A DNA stretch of 64,000 nt from Felis catus (lineage: Eukaryota): the NCBI RefSeq assembly GCF_018350175.1, contig NC_058368.1, positions 123,444,001 to 123,508,000 on the forward strand, given 5' to 3'. Numbering within the stretch: position 1 is the first letter of the stretch; every line of letters begins with the position of its first letter. The position numbers were made by a program, and so were the translations under genes. The notes under the pieces were generated by a model that worked only from the letters and a program-made list of their open reading frames with translations, ran no database searches and was not told the origin of the DNA. Below are positions 37,743 through 51,603 of this stretch, one piece after another.

Positions 37743-40700
37743 TAAATAAATAAATACTAAAAGCAACAGAGATTAGAATGGACAAGAGAACACCACCAGA
37801 AACTCCAACTCTACAAGCATCATAATGGCAATAAATTCATATCTTTCAGTACTCACTCTAAACATCAATGGACTCACTGCTCCAATCAAAAGACATCGGG
37901 TAACAGAATGGATAAGAAAACAAGATCCATCTATATGCTGTTTACAAGAGACCCACTTTAGACCTAAAGACACCTTCAGTTGAAAATAAGGGAATGGAGA
38001 ACCATCTATCATGCTAATGGCCAACAAAAGAAAGCCGGGGTAGTCATAATTATATCAGACAATCTAGACTTTAAAATAAAGACTGTATCAAGAGATGCAG
38101 AAAGGCATTATATCATAATCAAGGGGTCTATCCACCAAGAAGACCTAACAATTGTAAACATTTATGCGCCAAATGTGGTAGCACCCAAATATATAAATCA
38201 GTTAATCACAAACATAAAGAAACTCATTGACAGTAATACCATAATAGTAGGAGACTTCAACACCCCACTCACAGCAATGGACAGATCATCTAATAAAAAA
38301 ATCAACAAGGAAACAATGGCTTTGAATGACACACTAGACCAGATAGACTTAACAGATATATTCAGAACATTTCATCCTAAAGCAGAATATACATTCTTCT
38401 TCAGTGCACATTGAACATTCTCCAGAATAGACCATATACTGGGATACACATCAGCTCTAAGTAAGTTCAAAAAGATCAAGATCATACAGTGCATATTTTC
38501 AGACCACAACTGTACGAAACTCGAAATCAACCACAAGAAAAAATTTGGAAAGGTAACAAACTTGGAGACTGAAGAATATCCTACTAAAGAATGAATGGGC
38601 TAACCAAGCAGTTAAAAGGGAAATTAAAAAGTATATGGAAGTCAATGAAAATGATAGCACCACAACCCAAAACCTCTGGGACGCAGTAAAGGCAGTCATA
38701 AGAGGAAAGTATATAGCAATCCAGGCCTTCCTAAAGAAGGAAGAAATATCTCAGATACACTACCTAATCTTACACCTTAAGGAGCTGGAAAAAGAACAGC
38801 AAATAAAACCCCAAACCAGCAGAAGACAGGAAATAATAAAGATTAGAGCAGAAATTAATGCTATCGAAACCAAAAAAAAACAGTAGAACAGATCAATGAA
38901 ACCAGAAGCTGGTTCTTTGAATTAACAAAATTGATAAATCACTAGCCAGTTTGATCAAAAAGGAGAAGGAAAGGACCCAAATAAAACCAAGAACGAAAGA
39001 GGAGAGATCACAACCAACACAACAGAAATAAAAACAATAATAAGAGAATATTATGAACAATTATATGCCAATAAAATGGGCACTCTGGCAGAAATGAATA
39101 AATTCCTAGAAAGATATACACTACCAAAACTGAAACAGGAAGAAATAGAACATTTGAACAGACCCATAACCAGTCAGGAAATCAAATTAGTAATCAAAAA
39201 CCTGTCAAAAAACAAGAGTCCAGGGCCAGATGGCTTTCCAGGGGAATTCTACCAAACATTTAAGGAAGAGTTAACACCTATTCTCTTGAAGGTGTTCCAA
39301 AAAATAGAAATGGAAGGAAAACTTCCAAACTCTTTCTATGAAGTCAGCATTATCTTGATTCCAAAACCAGACAGAGACCCCACTAAAAAGGAGAACTATA
39401 GACCAATTTCCCTGATGAACATGGATGCCAAAATCCTCAACAAGATATTAGCCAACCAGATCCAACAATACATTTAAAAAATTATTCACCACTACCAAGT
39501 AGGATTTATACCTGGGATGCAGGGCTGGTTCAATATCCACAAAACAACATGATTCATCACATCAATAAAAGAAAGGACAAGAACCATATGATCCTCTCAA
39601 TAGATGCAGAGAAAGCATTTGACAAAATACAGCATTTTTTTTTTATAAAAACCCTCAAGAATTAGGGATAGAAGGAGCATACCTCGAGATCATAAAAGCC
39701 ATGTATGAAGGACCCAACACTAATATCATCCTCAATGGGGAAAAACTGAGAGCTTTCCCCTTAAGGTCAGGAACAAGACAAGGATGTCCACTCTCACCAC
39801 TGTTATTCAACATAGTATTGGAAGTCTTAGCCTCAGCAGTCAAACAACACAAAGAAATAAAAGGCAACCAAATCAGCCAGAAGGAGGTCAAACTTTCACT
39901 CTTCACAGATGACATGATACTCTATATGGAAAACCCAAAAGATTCCACCAAAAAACTGCTAGAACTGATTCATGAATTCAGCAAAGTCACAGGATATAAA
40001 ATCAACACACAGAAATCGGTTGCATTCCTATATACGAACAATGAAGCAACAGAAAGAGAAATCAAGGAATCGATCCCATTTGCAGTTGCACAAAAAACCA
40101 TAAAATACCTAGGAATAAATCTAACTAAAGAGGTGAAAAATCTATACACTGAAAACTATAGAAAGCTTATGAAAGAATTGAAGAAGACACACAAAAAAAA
40201 AAAAATGGAAAAAGATTCCATGCTCCTGGATAGGAAGTACAAATATTGTTAAAATGTCGATGCTACCCAAAGCAATCTACATATTCAATGCAATCCCTAT
40301 CAAAGTAACACCAGCATTCTTCACAGAGCTAGAACAAATAATCCTAAAATTTGTATGGAACCAGAAAAGACCCCGAATAGCCAAAGCGATCTTCAAAAAG
40401 AAAACCAAAGCAGGAGGCATCACAATCCCAGACTTCAAGCTATACTACAAAGCTGTAATCATCAAGGCAGTACGGTACTGGCACAAGAACAGACACTCAG
40501 ATCAATGGAACAGAATAGAGAACCCAGAAATGGACCCACAAACGTATGGCCATCTAATCTTTGACAAAGCATCAAAGAACATCCAATGGAATAAAGACAG
40601 TCTCTTCAGCAAGTGGCGCTGGGAAAACTGAACAGCAACATGCAGAAGAATGAACCCTGACCACTTTCTTACACCATACACAAAAATAAATTCAAAATGG

Positions 40701-41936
40701 ATGAAAAACCTCAATGTAAGACAGGAAGCCATCAAAATCCTCAAGGAGAAAGCAGGAAAAAACCTCTTTGATCTTGGCCACAGCAACTTCTTACTCAACA
40801 TGTCTTCAGAGGCAAGGGAAACAAAAGCAAAAATGAACTGCTGGGACCTTATCAAAATAAAAAGCTTCTGCACAGTGAAGGAAACAATCAGCAAAACTAA
40901 CAGGCAACCAACAGAATGGGAGAAGATATTTGCAAATGACATATCAGATAAAGGGTTAGTATCCAAAATCTATAAAGAACTTATCAAACTCAACACCCAA
41001 AAAACAAATAATCCAGTTAAGAAATGGGCAAAAGACATGAATAGACACGTGTCCAAAGAAGACATCCAGATGGACAACTGACGCATGAAAAAATGCTCAA
41101 CATCACTCATCATCAGGAAAATTCAAATCAAAGCCGCAATGAGATACCAGCTTACACCTGTCAGAATGGCTAACATTAACAACTCAGGCAACAACAGATG
41201 TTGGCGAGGATGTGGAGAAAGAGGATCTCTTTTGCATTGTTGGTGGCAATGCAAGGTGGTGCGACCACTCTGGAAAACAGTATGGAGGCTCCTCAAAAAA
41301 CTAAAAATAGAACTACCCTACAACCCAGCAATTGCACTACTAGGCATTTATCCAAGGAATACAGGGGTGCTGTTCCGAAGGGACACATGCACCCCCATGT
41401 TTATAGCAGCACTATCAACAATAGCCAACAATGGAAAGAGCCCAAATGTCCATCGATGGATGAATGGATAAAGAAGATGTGGCATATATATACAATGGAG
41501 TATTACCCAGCAGTCGAAAAGAATGAAATCTTGCCACTTGCAACTACATGGATGGAACTGGAGGGTGTTATGCTAAGTGAAATTAGTCAGAGAAAGACAA
41601 AAATCATATGACTTCACTCATATGAGGACTTTAAGAGACAAAACAGATGAACATAAGGGAAGGAAACAAAAATAATATAAAAACAGGGAGGGGGACAAAA
41701 CAGAAGAGACTCATAAATATGGAGAACGAAGTGAGGGTTGCTGGAGGGGTCGTGGGAGGGGGGGATGGGCTAAATGGGTAAGGGGCACTAAGGAATCTAC
41801 TCCTGAAATCATTGTTTCACTATATGCTAACTAACTTGGATGTAAATTTTTAAAAATAAAAAAATAAAATAAAGGTGAAAAAAAAAACAAATGTTTTTAA
41901 AGGAAGGCAAAAGATTGCCACTAAAAATTTAAAAAA
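35762..41936 (+). mobile_element. Full-length inactive carnivore/felid LINE-1
   Basis: Starts GGGAGGAGGAGCCAAGATGG. ORF1 remnant at 36806-37688; ORF2 remnant at about 37825-41611 ([23 protein letters not shown] and FTDD, C-terminal CWRGCGE) with many stops and frameshifts; A-rich tail. TSD AAT(A/G)CTTGTGTTCATCTT at 35744-35761 and 41937-41954. Confidence 0.96.
35977..36610 (+). repeat. Three ~225-bp T-rich tandem units in the L1 5' UTR
   Basis: CTTGAAT(A/G)CAGAAA recurs at 35977, 36198 and 36430 with colinear downstream sequence. Confidence 0.85.
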
Positions 41937-42170
41937 AATGCTTGTGTTCATCTTGTTGTCAAAGTAACATTCTGATTTTATTTTTTAGTTTTTTAGTTTT
42001 TGCTAATTGATGGTTTTCCTAAGCATTGCAGAAAAATCTAGCTTTAATTTCTCCCCTCCAGTCTATTATGTTTAAATTTTATTATTCAAAGACAGGAAAC
42101 GTTTAAATTAGAGAATCAAAAGGAAGGAACAAATGGAAAAGATTTTTTCTTTAAAGTCTTAAAATTTACT

Positions 42171-42385
42171 GGGGCTCCTGTTTGGCTCAGTTGCTTAAGC
42201 GTCCAACTTCAACTCAGGTCATGATCTCGCGGTTTGTGGGTTCAAGCCCCACGTTGGGCTCTGTGCTGACAGCTCGGAGCCTGGAGCCTGCTTCAGATTC
42301 TTTGTCTCCATCTCTCTCTCTGCCCCTCCCCTGCTTGCACTCTGTCTCCCTCTCTCTCAAAAATAAATATCTAAAAAAATAATAA
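42171..42385 (+). mobile_element. Can-SINE
   Basis: Typical body; TSD GTCTTAAAATTTA. Confidence 0.88.
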
Positions 42386-42934
42386 TGTCTTAAAATTTAT
42401 GTAGAGAAAACTAAATATAATAAGACTCACTGAAGTGGGGGCAAAGCTAGGAATCAATTGTAGAGGCAGTTTTGCTATGAGAACTTAATGGCATTGAATC
42501 ATTTTTTCATTCATCTGTAATAAGAGTATTAGCATATACACTAAACTATTACAAAAATAAATAATAAGGTGTACAGAATCTCATTGTAAAGTTTCAGGTA
42601 AAAGCCAAATATTAATAAAATGAAAACAAACATAATAACATGATTATGTTATGGGAGGTGGTGGGGATCTATGAAATAGGTCACGGGATTAAGAGTACAC
42701 TTATCTTGATGAGCGTTGAGAAATATGTGGAATTGTTGAAACGCTATATTGTACACCTGAAACTAATATGACATTGTATGTGAACCACACTGGAATTTAA
42801 AAATAAATAAATAATAAAAATTTAAAGTAAAAAAAAAAAAAGACATGCCAGTTTAGATTTAGAAATAATACTGAGTCTTAAAGAACAAGATAATTTTTAC
42901 TTTTTTCTTTAACATTAAAAGGAAATATCTGATA

Positions 42935-42976
42935 GGATGGATGGATGGATGAATGGATGGATGGATAGATGGATGA
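42935..42976 (+). repeat. (GGAT)n microsatellite
   Basis: Direct read; imperfect. Confidence 0.9.
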
Positions 42977-44906
42977 AGAGAGAGAGTGACCGCATTTAGA
43001 TATAACTGTTATGGGGAAAAGAGACAAATTTCTCATGTAGAAGAACTCCAAATAATTTATATAGATACTCTACCCCAAAAGAGGAACAGTACAACTCTCT
43101 GTTTCTTAAGGGTGGGTTACATGTACCAGACTTTCACAGGGAAGTAAGGAAGAAAGAGAAAGAGTAACCTTATAGTGAAGGAACCTGATGAACGCAACAT
43201 AGGTGATCAAAGGCAACAATCAACAGTCATAAGTTATGTTGATAGAATGTACCCTTGTCATGATATGATAAAAACGTAACTTTACCTATAGGATATTCCT
43301 CCAACAAAACACATAACCCTGCTGTAATCATGATAAAAACATTAGATGCATTTAAGTAGAGGGGGACATTTTAAAATACACCTGACCAATGTTCTTTAAA
43401 GCTGTTAAGGGCATCAAAAACAAAAAGGGTTAGAAACTGCCACAAAGTAAGTATAAGGAGTCATGACAACTAAATGTAATGTGGTGTCTTGGGTGGGATC
43501 CCAGAATAGAAAAAGGATGTTAGGTAAAGACTGAGGAAATCTGAATAAAGTATGAACTGTTGTTAATAATAATTATAAATATGGCTTATTAATTGTTAAC
43601 AAACGTACTATACTATAGTTAACTATACTAACTATATGTGTTAATATAGGAAACTGTATTCCAGGGGATATATTTCCAGGGGAAACTGTATATCTTAATT
43701 TTTCTGTAAATCTAAAACTACTCTAAGAGTCTATTTAAAAATATATATAAATATTTCATATGTCAAGCCAGAGCAAATTATGTCAAAATATCATAGTCTA
43801 AATTCAACAGATAATGTCTGTCTGTTCAACTCATTTATGTCTGTGTCTTGTTGATACCAAAGAAAGTAAAAGAAAAATAAAGTAAAAAAGTTAATTAAGT
43901 CAGATTCAGAGTGTGTACTAAAAACTTCACCATATGTGAGGCAAAACTGACAGAATGAAAGGAAGAAATAGGCAACTCCAAAATTATGGTTGAGGATTTT
44001 CATAGTATTTGATAAGACAATAAGACAGAAAAAGCAAAAATAAGTGAGGATATAGAAGATTTGAACAAAAATATCAACCACCTTAATCTAATTAATGTTT
44101 AAAGAAGGCTGCACTCAGTAACTTGAAAATACACATTCTTTTCAAATTATAAGTTACATGCACCAACTTAGAACATAAGCATGCCATTAAACAAATCTCA
44201 GTAGATTTCAAAAGATCCAAATCTTAAATAGTATGTTCTTTAACCAAAGAAGAATTAAATGTTGATTTCATTACAAAGAGAGTAGAACCTTTGTAGGTAA
44301 GGCCCACATATTTGGTACTGGTTCCAAAACCTCCCTAAGGGATTCTCCTGAGAGCCAGTGTTGAAAACCAGTGATTTTTGTCATGGAAGCAACTAGCAAG
44401 GTAAACAGCCAAAAGAAATTTTAAAAAATGGTTGCACCTGGTGAGTACAGTAACAATGGTAGAGGCAGATCATTACTTTTCACATAAGTTCTCTAAGTTT
44501 TTTTAACCGTGTGTATATCACTTTAATAAAAGTTCAAATTTAATACTTAAAATTTCTTTCTCCGAGGTGTGGTCTCCGAGTTCCCTTATGTACGTGGATT
44601 CTCCACTGTGACTCTCTGTGTCTGATCTCTGTTTTCATCAAGGCACCTATTCTAATTTTAAATTATACATTTATGTGTTTGCAGGTTATTGTTTGTCTCA
44701 CTCCCTAGCTTCTAAGCTCCAAAGGGGCAGATCCACACCTGTTGTATTTACCAGTACGTACCTAATACCTAGCACACAGCAGGTATTCAGTATATACTGG
44801 TTAAATTAGTGAATTGTTAAATGCCTGGACTTATTTTTATTTCTATAATAAATATGTATTACCATTACAATATAGTATAATGTGTGATGTTATAAAAAGA
44901 AAAATA

Positions 44907-45140
44907 GGGGCGCCTGGGTGGTGCAGTCGGTTAAGCGTCCGACATCAGCCAGGTCACGATCTCGCAGTCCGGGAGTTCGAGCCCCGCGTCAGGCTCTGGG
45001 CTGATGGCTCGGAGCCTGGAGCCTGTTTCTGATTCTGTGTCTCCCTCTCTCTCTGCCCCTCCCCCGTTCATGCTCTGTCTCTCTCTGTCCCAAAAATAAA
45101 TAAACGTTGAAAAAAAAATCTTTAAAAAAAAAAAAAGAAA
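44907..45140 (+). mobile_element. Very young Can-SINE
   Basis: CpGs largely intact; nearly identical to the copy at 58452. Confidence 0.93.
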
Positions 45141-45394
45141 AAGAATGTATTTTTAATATAAATATATAAATCAGAGTGAATGTGGTGTCCACATTCATGT
45201 TTGCTTAAATTCTTTTCCTGGTTCAGTTGTTAAAGATGAAACACAATGCAATTTTTCAAGGCTCATTTTTCATTGATTAATCAGGCTTTATTTTCTAAGG
45301 AATTATGCTCTTATTTTATACTTGCTTACTCATAAATATTTTTATAAAATCTAAAGATTTGTAGGGAAGATGGAGACATTAAGATTAAACTTTT

Positions 45395-46316
45395 GGGGCA
45401 CCTGGGTGGCTCAGTCAGTTAAGCATCCCACTTCAGTTCAGGTCATGATCTCACAGTTCAAGCCCCACAATGGGCTCTGTGCTGACAGCTCAGAGCCTGG
45501 AGCCTGTTTCAGATTCTGTCTCCCTCTCTCTCTGTCCCTCCCCTCCTTGTGCTCTCTCTCTCAAACTAAATAATAAACATTTTAAAAAATTTAAAAAAAA
45601 AAGATTAAACTTTCATATTTGTTAATGTCTATTTATTTTGAGAGAGAAAAAGCAGGGCAGGGGCAGAGATAGAGAAAAGGAGAGAGAGTCCTCTTTCTAA
45701 CAGGCTTCCTTCTGTCAGCACAGAGCCCAAAGAAGGGCTTGAACTCACTAACTGTGAGATCTTGACCCAAGCCAAAACCAAGAGTCAGATCCTAGGGTTG
45801 CCTGGGTAACTCAGTCAGTTAAGTGGCAGACTTTTGATTTCTGCTCAAGTCATGATCTCACAGTTTGCGGGTTTGGTTTGTGGATTCAAGCCCCGTGTAG
45901 GGTTCCATGCTGTCAGCCTGCTTGGGATTCTCTGTCTCCTTGTCTCTCCTTCTCTATCTGCCCCTCTCCTGCTCATGCTCTCTCTCTCTCTCAGAATAAA
46001 TAAATAAACAACAACAAAAAAAGTTGGACGCTTAACCCACTGAGCCACCCAGGCATGCCATAAACCTTCATGTGTAGAAATAACTCTATATGTGTATTAC
46101 TTTCTTTTTTGTTGTTAATGTTTTTATTTATTTATTTTTGAGAAACAGAGAGAGACAGAACAAGTGGGGGAGGGGCAGAGAGAGAAGGAGACACAGAATC
46201 TGAAGCAGGCTCCAGGCTCTGAGCTATCAGCACAGAGCCTGATGCAGGGCTTGACCTTATAACCTATGAGATCATGACCTCAGGGATGCTTAACTGACTG
46301 AGCCACCCAGGTACCC
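45395..46316. mobile_element. SINE cluster: plus copy 45395-45600; minus copy about 45617-46058 with a nested plus copy about 45795-46020; minus copy about 46104-46316
   Basis: Recognisable heads and tails in both orientations; TSD AAGATTAAACTTT around the first copy. Confidence 0.85.
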
Positions 46317-46980
46317 TATGTATTACTTTCAAATAATAGATGGTTTGCTAATTTTCTATGTTTCGGGAAAGATTAATTTTTGGTTTGTTCAAAAAATTTT
46401 TTCTCACTTATTCTTTGTTGTATGCTATGTACTCTAATCTCCAGTGACACTAAATTGACAGAGGTTCATGGGGAGGATGACACCTATTTCAACCTAGTGA
46501 CCTTTGGAAAACATCTCCCTCCCTTCTGTCTGCTGACCCCAAATACAGTGAATGATGAAAGCCAGTCAACAGTAAGTTTTTTGTATTATTATATTTCTTC
46601 AAGTGTTATTAATATTCACAAGGACAAGATGCCTTAATTTGGGTCACAGCTTTATAAATGTCCTTCTATTCACACCAAATCACGAGCAGGAGGCATCCAA
46701 GTTTGTAATGGACTGGCTTTGATTTTGCAGCATGTATGCATGGCCCCTCCATGATGAAGAGCACATGTTTGACGTCCATACTTTGTCAAACCAAGTAGCA
46801 CATTCGTCAACAGAAGCCACATTGTGTCATATTTTAAAAGTTGAGGGACACATTATTTCCCTTGGAATTAAGTGAAATTGAAGACTTACAATAGACAGCT
46901 GAGATTTGATTGCAGACAAGTAGTAACAAACATTAAAGCTATGGCAGTTTTTAAAGTTTATCATTTTCTCAAAAAACAAC

Positions 46981-47025
46981 GAAGAAGAAGAAGAAGAAGA
47001 AGAAGAAGAAGAAGAAGAAGAAGAA
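46981..47025 (+). repeat. (GAA)15 microsatellite
   Basis: Direct read. Confidence 0.95.
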
Positions 47026-48421
47026 AAGCAAAAAGGAAAAAATTAAAGCTATAGAATAATAAAATCAGTGGTACCATAAGGTCTCTGACTCTTGTAAATG
47101 TGTTCTTAGGGGAGTTTATCCTGCAGGAGTACAGGATACTGACTTCAGTGTAAGAAACCGTTGGTTACTCCTACAGGTTTGAAATTACTGAAGAAGAGTT
47201 GTTTGACGCAGGCACCAACCCCTTGACACTCAGCACTAACCCAAGGCTCTCCCTCCTCTTTGTACTGGGAAAACAGGAGAGGGGTTGTGTGTTCTTTATA
47301 TGTCAGTGACTTTCTGCTGATCGCTCCTCAGCGCAAGCTAAGGTTTTCGATGTTTTTGTTTTTTCTGAAGCTTAACTGCAGTAACTTTATATAGAAGCTG
47401 ATGAAAGGAATTCTGAACTGTCCAGTGTACTTTTTAAGAGTCCATTTGTTAGACAAAATATGAGGAAATGTGGTATATTCTATCACTTTTTTTTTTTTTT
47501 TGCTTTGTTTCTAAATGGCTATTTAAATACAGATAACAGTGCCTAGGACAAACTGGAGGAGCAGGTCCTGCCGCCCTGCCCAGCTCCCCTGCTACCTGAT
47601 AGCACCACTTAGATGACAGAATGGGCGATGTGGTGGAATACGGCTGGAAACTCCCCCAAGCTGAACCCACAAATGCAAGGAGTAGCTCTCAGGTTGAGAA
47701 CGGCAAAGGTTGGGACAAATCACTACTTGACATATGCTACTCACATAATTTCACAGCCCAGTGGAAAAAGGAACCCCACAAAAGGAAATAGAAAAAAAGT
47801 CAAAGTGAAGGCACTATGTAACATGTAAGTTTTTCTTAGAAGATCAACCTTAGAAATATAAGACATGAATGTGCACCTCAGTTTTATCTATGGAATTCAA
47901 ATAGATAGTTTTGTTTTTACCAAGATTTCCCAACTGGTTTCTGGTGCATATGTGTGCATGTGCGCACACACACAAATATACATATTATATATATATACAT
48001 ACATATATATACATATTATATATATACATACACACACAAATATATATACTTTTTCACATGAAATATGCCGTTTTCTTAAAATCACTTATGTTTTTATCAA
48101 CAAGGTTTGCTTTCTGTGTGATTATTCTGTTCAGACATATAAAACTATAATTAATATAAAATAAACCATAAATCTTACAAAATTATATGAATGACCATTA
48201 CAAACAAATGTGTTTAGAACCTATTTTGTAAGTAGCTCATTGCCTCTACTTTATTGCCCTAAGGCAAGTGTTTTAGCTATCTCTCCTAATTTTTTATTCT
48301 TCCAGCCAGAATAAAAGTTTTCAACAGAAAGAAAATTAAGGGTCCTTCTAGGACCAGGGGAAGTTGAGTGATGTAATTAAACAATCACCCAGAAGCCTGG
48401 CTTCTGGACCTACAATCTTTA

Positions 48422-48914
48422 TTAATTTTTTAATATATAATTTATTGTCAAATTGGTTTCCATACAACACCCTGTGCTTATCCCAACAGGTGCCCTCCTC
48501 AATGCCCATCACCCACTTTCCCCTCTCTCCCACCCCCCCATCAACCTTCAGTTTGTTCTCAGTATTTAAGAGGCTCTTATGGTTTGCCTCCTTCCCTCTC
48601 GGTAACTTTTTTTTCCTCTTCCCCTCCCCCATGGTCTTCTGTTAAGTTTCTCAGGATCCACATATGAGTGAAAACATACGGTATCTGTCTTTCTCTGCCT
48701 GACTTATTTCACTTAGCATAAAACTCTCCAGTTCCATCCACATTGCTACAAATGGCCAGATTTCATTCTTTCTCATTGCCAAGTAGAATTCCATTGTATA
48801 TATAAACCACATCTTTATCCATTCCTCAGTTGTTGGATATTTAAGCTCTTTCCATAATTTGGCTATTGTTGAAAGTGCTGCTATAAACATTGGGGTACAA
48901 GTGCCCCTATGCAT
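48422..48914 (-). mobile_element. 5'-truncated young L1 just downstream of the MCIDAS stop
   Basis: ORF2 C-terminus ([17 protein letters not shown]…MLSEISQ) plus 3' UTR; perfect 17-bp TSD TGGACCTACAATCTTTA at 48405-48421 and 48915-48931. Confidence 0.94.
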
Positions 48915-49394
48915 TGGACCTACAATCTTTAAACGACTAGTGAGAAAACCTGGAAGTTCCCAATAATGCTTCTTATTATAGAAAATTACTTAATCTCTTA
49001 CAGGCTCCTTTCCCTTCTTATAAAACTAGGGCATTATACAAATATAAAATAGCTAAGTGATTTCTAAGTCCTTTCCAGCTCTAGAAGTACATAATTCAAA
49101 GCTACTAAAATAAATACTTTTAAAATTGAGATTTATATGTGTGTTTACACGCACACATACAGCACACACTGTGGAAGGGAAGGGAATATACAGTGTTTTA
49201 TACCAGGACTGTGCAGGACATCATTATGGAGACGTTTTGGTGTCTGAAAAAAAAAGTTTCAGGGTGGCATTCGCCCAGCAGAGGGAGTTCTTCTGAAGCC
49301 AGGTTCGGGAAACAGTTCCCAATTAGCCTCCCAATTAGCCTCCAGGCGCTTCAGTCCGGATACAGGGCAGTGTTTGGGGGAACATCATCCCAGC

Positions 49395-49835
<441 letters not shown>

Positions 49836-50083
49836 CTACAAAAGATGGAGGGGCGCCAAGCTGGGGCAAGCCGGACTCCCTTGGTGCGGTGTGCGCAAAG
49901 AAGACCTGGGTCCCTTTCGAACTCCGCGGACTCCGATGCAAGCTGCCAGTGGCTCAGCAAGCTCCCAGCAGCCTCCACCTGTCTCCCAACTCTCTCTGGG
50001 TCCCAATTCTGGGGACTGGGGGAGGGGTGCACAGAAACATTTCCGACTTCCTGCAATGACCCACACTCCCGCACCCCACTTAC

Positions 50084-50194
50084 ATCCAGCACAGAGGCCA
50101 GGTGCCGGGTCCGGCTGGCAAGTTCCTTCAGTTGCACGTTCCGCTCTTTGAGCGAGGCGATCTCCTCCTGCTTCTGGGTCAGCGTCACGTGCAG
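50084..50194 (-). CDS. MCIDAS: MCIDAS coding exon 6 (geminin-like coiled coil)
   Basis: cag|[37 protein letters not shown]|gtaagt; 111 nt. Confidence 0.96.
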
Positions 50195-50813
50195 CTGCAG
50201 GAGGAGACCCAAACATTAAAAGGTAGGCCACTGTGGTCGGTCTCATCTGTATACTCTGCATGAATTATACCGGGGGTCTAACATCTAATCTGGAACTGGG
50301 GGCCGAAGGGCATTTACACTGGTGAGAATAATAATCGCTTTTGTTTATTTGACTTTTGTTTGTTTTACAAAGCACTTGGACAAAATGTATCTTGATCCTC
50401 CGTGTACTGTGGTGGTGAGGAGGACGAACTTGGGCAACAAGCAGATCCAGGTTCTGCCTCTGAAGTTCAATCTTCCTATACCTCAGGTTCCTCATCTGAG
50501 AAATGGGACTACTATCTTGTTCAGTGATTGTAAGTATTAAATGGGAAGAGAAAGTAAATGGATAAGCACAATATCAGGCATATAGGAATGCTGCACTAAA
50601 TACTGGTGTCTGGCAGGATTATTCCCACTTACTGCGGTTGGAAACAGGAGAGGCCCTGGAGCAATCGCAGTTCTGTGAAGCCCTCGCCCCGCCCATCCAC
50701 TGGTTTTGCCTCACGGAGGGACACCTGCCAGCTCCTGCCACCCCCACTTCCGCCGGGAGCTCCATACCCAGTCCCCACCCCAGGATTCCTGGAAGCCAGC
50801 CCAGTGTCCCTAC

Positions 50814-51037
50814 TTGGTTATTCTCAACGAGCGCGTCCCCCAATGCCCTCTGGTTCTGGTCGGCCACTTCCTTCCAGTATTGCTCCGGCCGGGGCACGTC
50901 TGGAGGGGGCAGCGGCGGTGACTGCAGTGCCCTTGGGTCCAGCGGCGGAGAGAGACAGGGCCCAAATGGCAATACGTTGCCAGGAGAGAAGGGAAAGTCT
51001 CCGCCGGTCAGAGGAGGCGACATCAAAGAGGATGAGT
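50814..51037 (-). CDS. MCIDAS: MCIDAS coding exon 5
   Basis: cag|(D)[18 protein letters not shown]...[24 protein letters not shown]|gtaggg; 224 nt. Confidence 0.96.
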
Positions 51038-51603
51038 CTGAGGAAGAGTGGGAGCTAGGTTTGCAGCCTCAGACGCGTGCCCAGCTAGCTACAGGGACAA
51101 GACGCCACTCCGGATGTAGGATTTGTGGGAAGACCTTGTTAAGTAAAGCACCCCTCACTCTGCAATCCCCACGATTCCCAGGCCCTTTCTGATATCTTCC
51201 TCATACACAGCAGGCACTCAATATATGCCTGTTGAGCTGATCTGAATAGAATCGCCACTGTGGCCAAGACAAACCTGCCCGAAGTCACACCGGTCCGCTG
51301 TTCTGTACACTATTGTCACCCAGCCTCTCCCTGACCACATCACAGCGTAGGGCTCCCTCTCCCAGAGCTCAAACCGACAAGCTGAGAAAGCTCTAGAGAT
51401 GCAGCGATTCATCTTCTCGGTGAGGAAGGGTGGAGTCTCATAAATACGCAAGGGCCTGACCCATTGAGGAGTTGCTGACGACGTCGACAGGTGCTGGGTT
51501 TACCGCCTTAGCCACCACGAAACCGAAATCTGAACTAGTTTGATTTGCGGAGTGGGGGAACACCTCTGCCTCCTTTATTTAACTGCAAGGAGACCGCACT
51601 TGC

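Noticed and set aside
36806..41611. L1 ORF1/ORF2 as an active retrotransposon
   Set aside because: Broken into many frames by stops and frameshifts, for example TAA at 37233-37235 in ORF1.
46620..47450. Non-repetitive intergenic stretch as a possible hidden exon
   Set aside because: Only short ORFs with no recognisable product or convincing splice-site pair.
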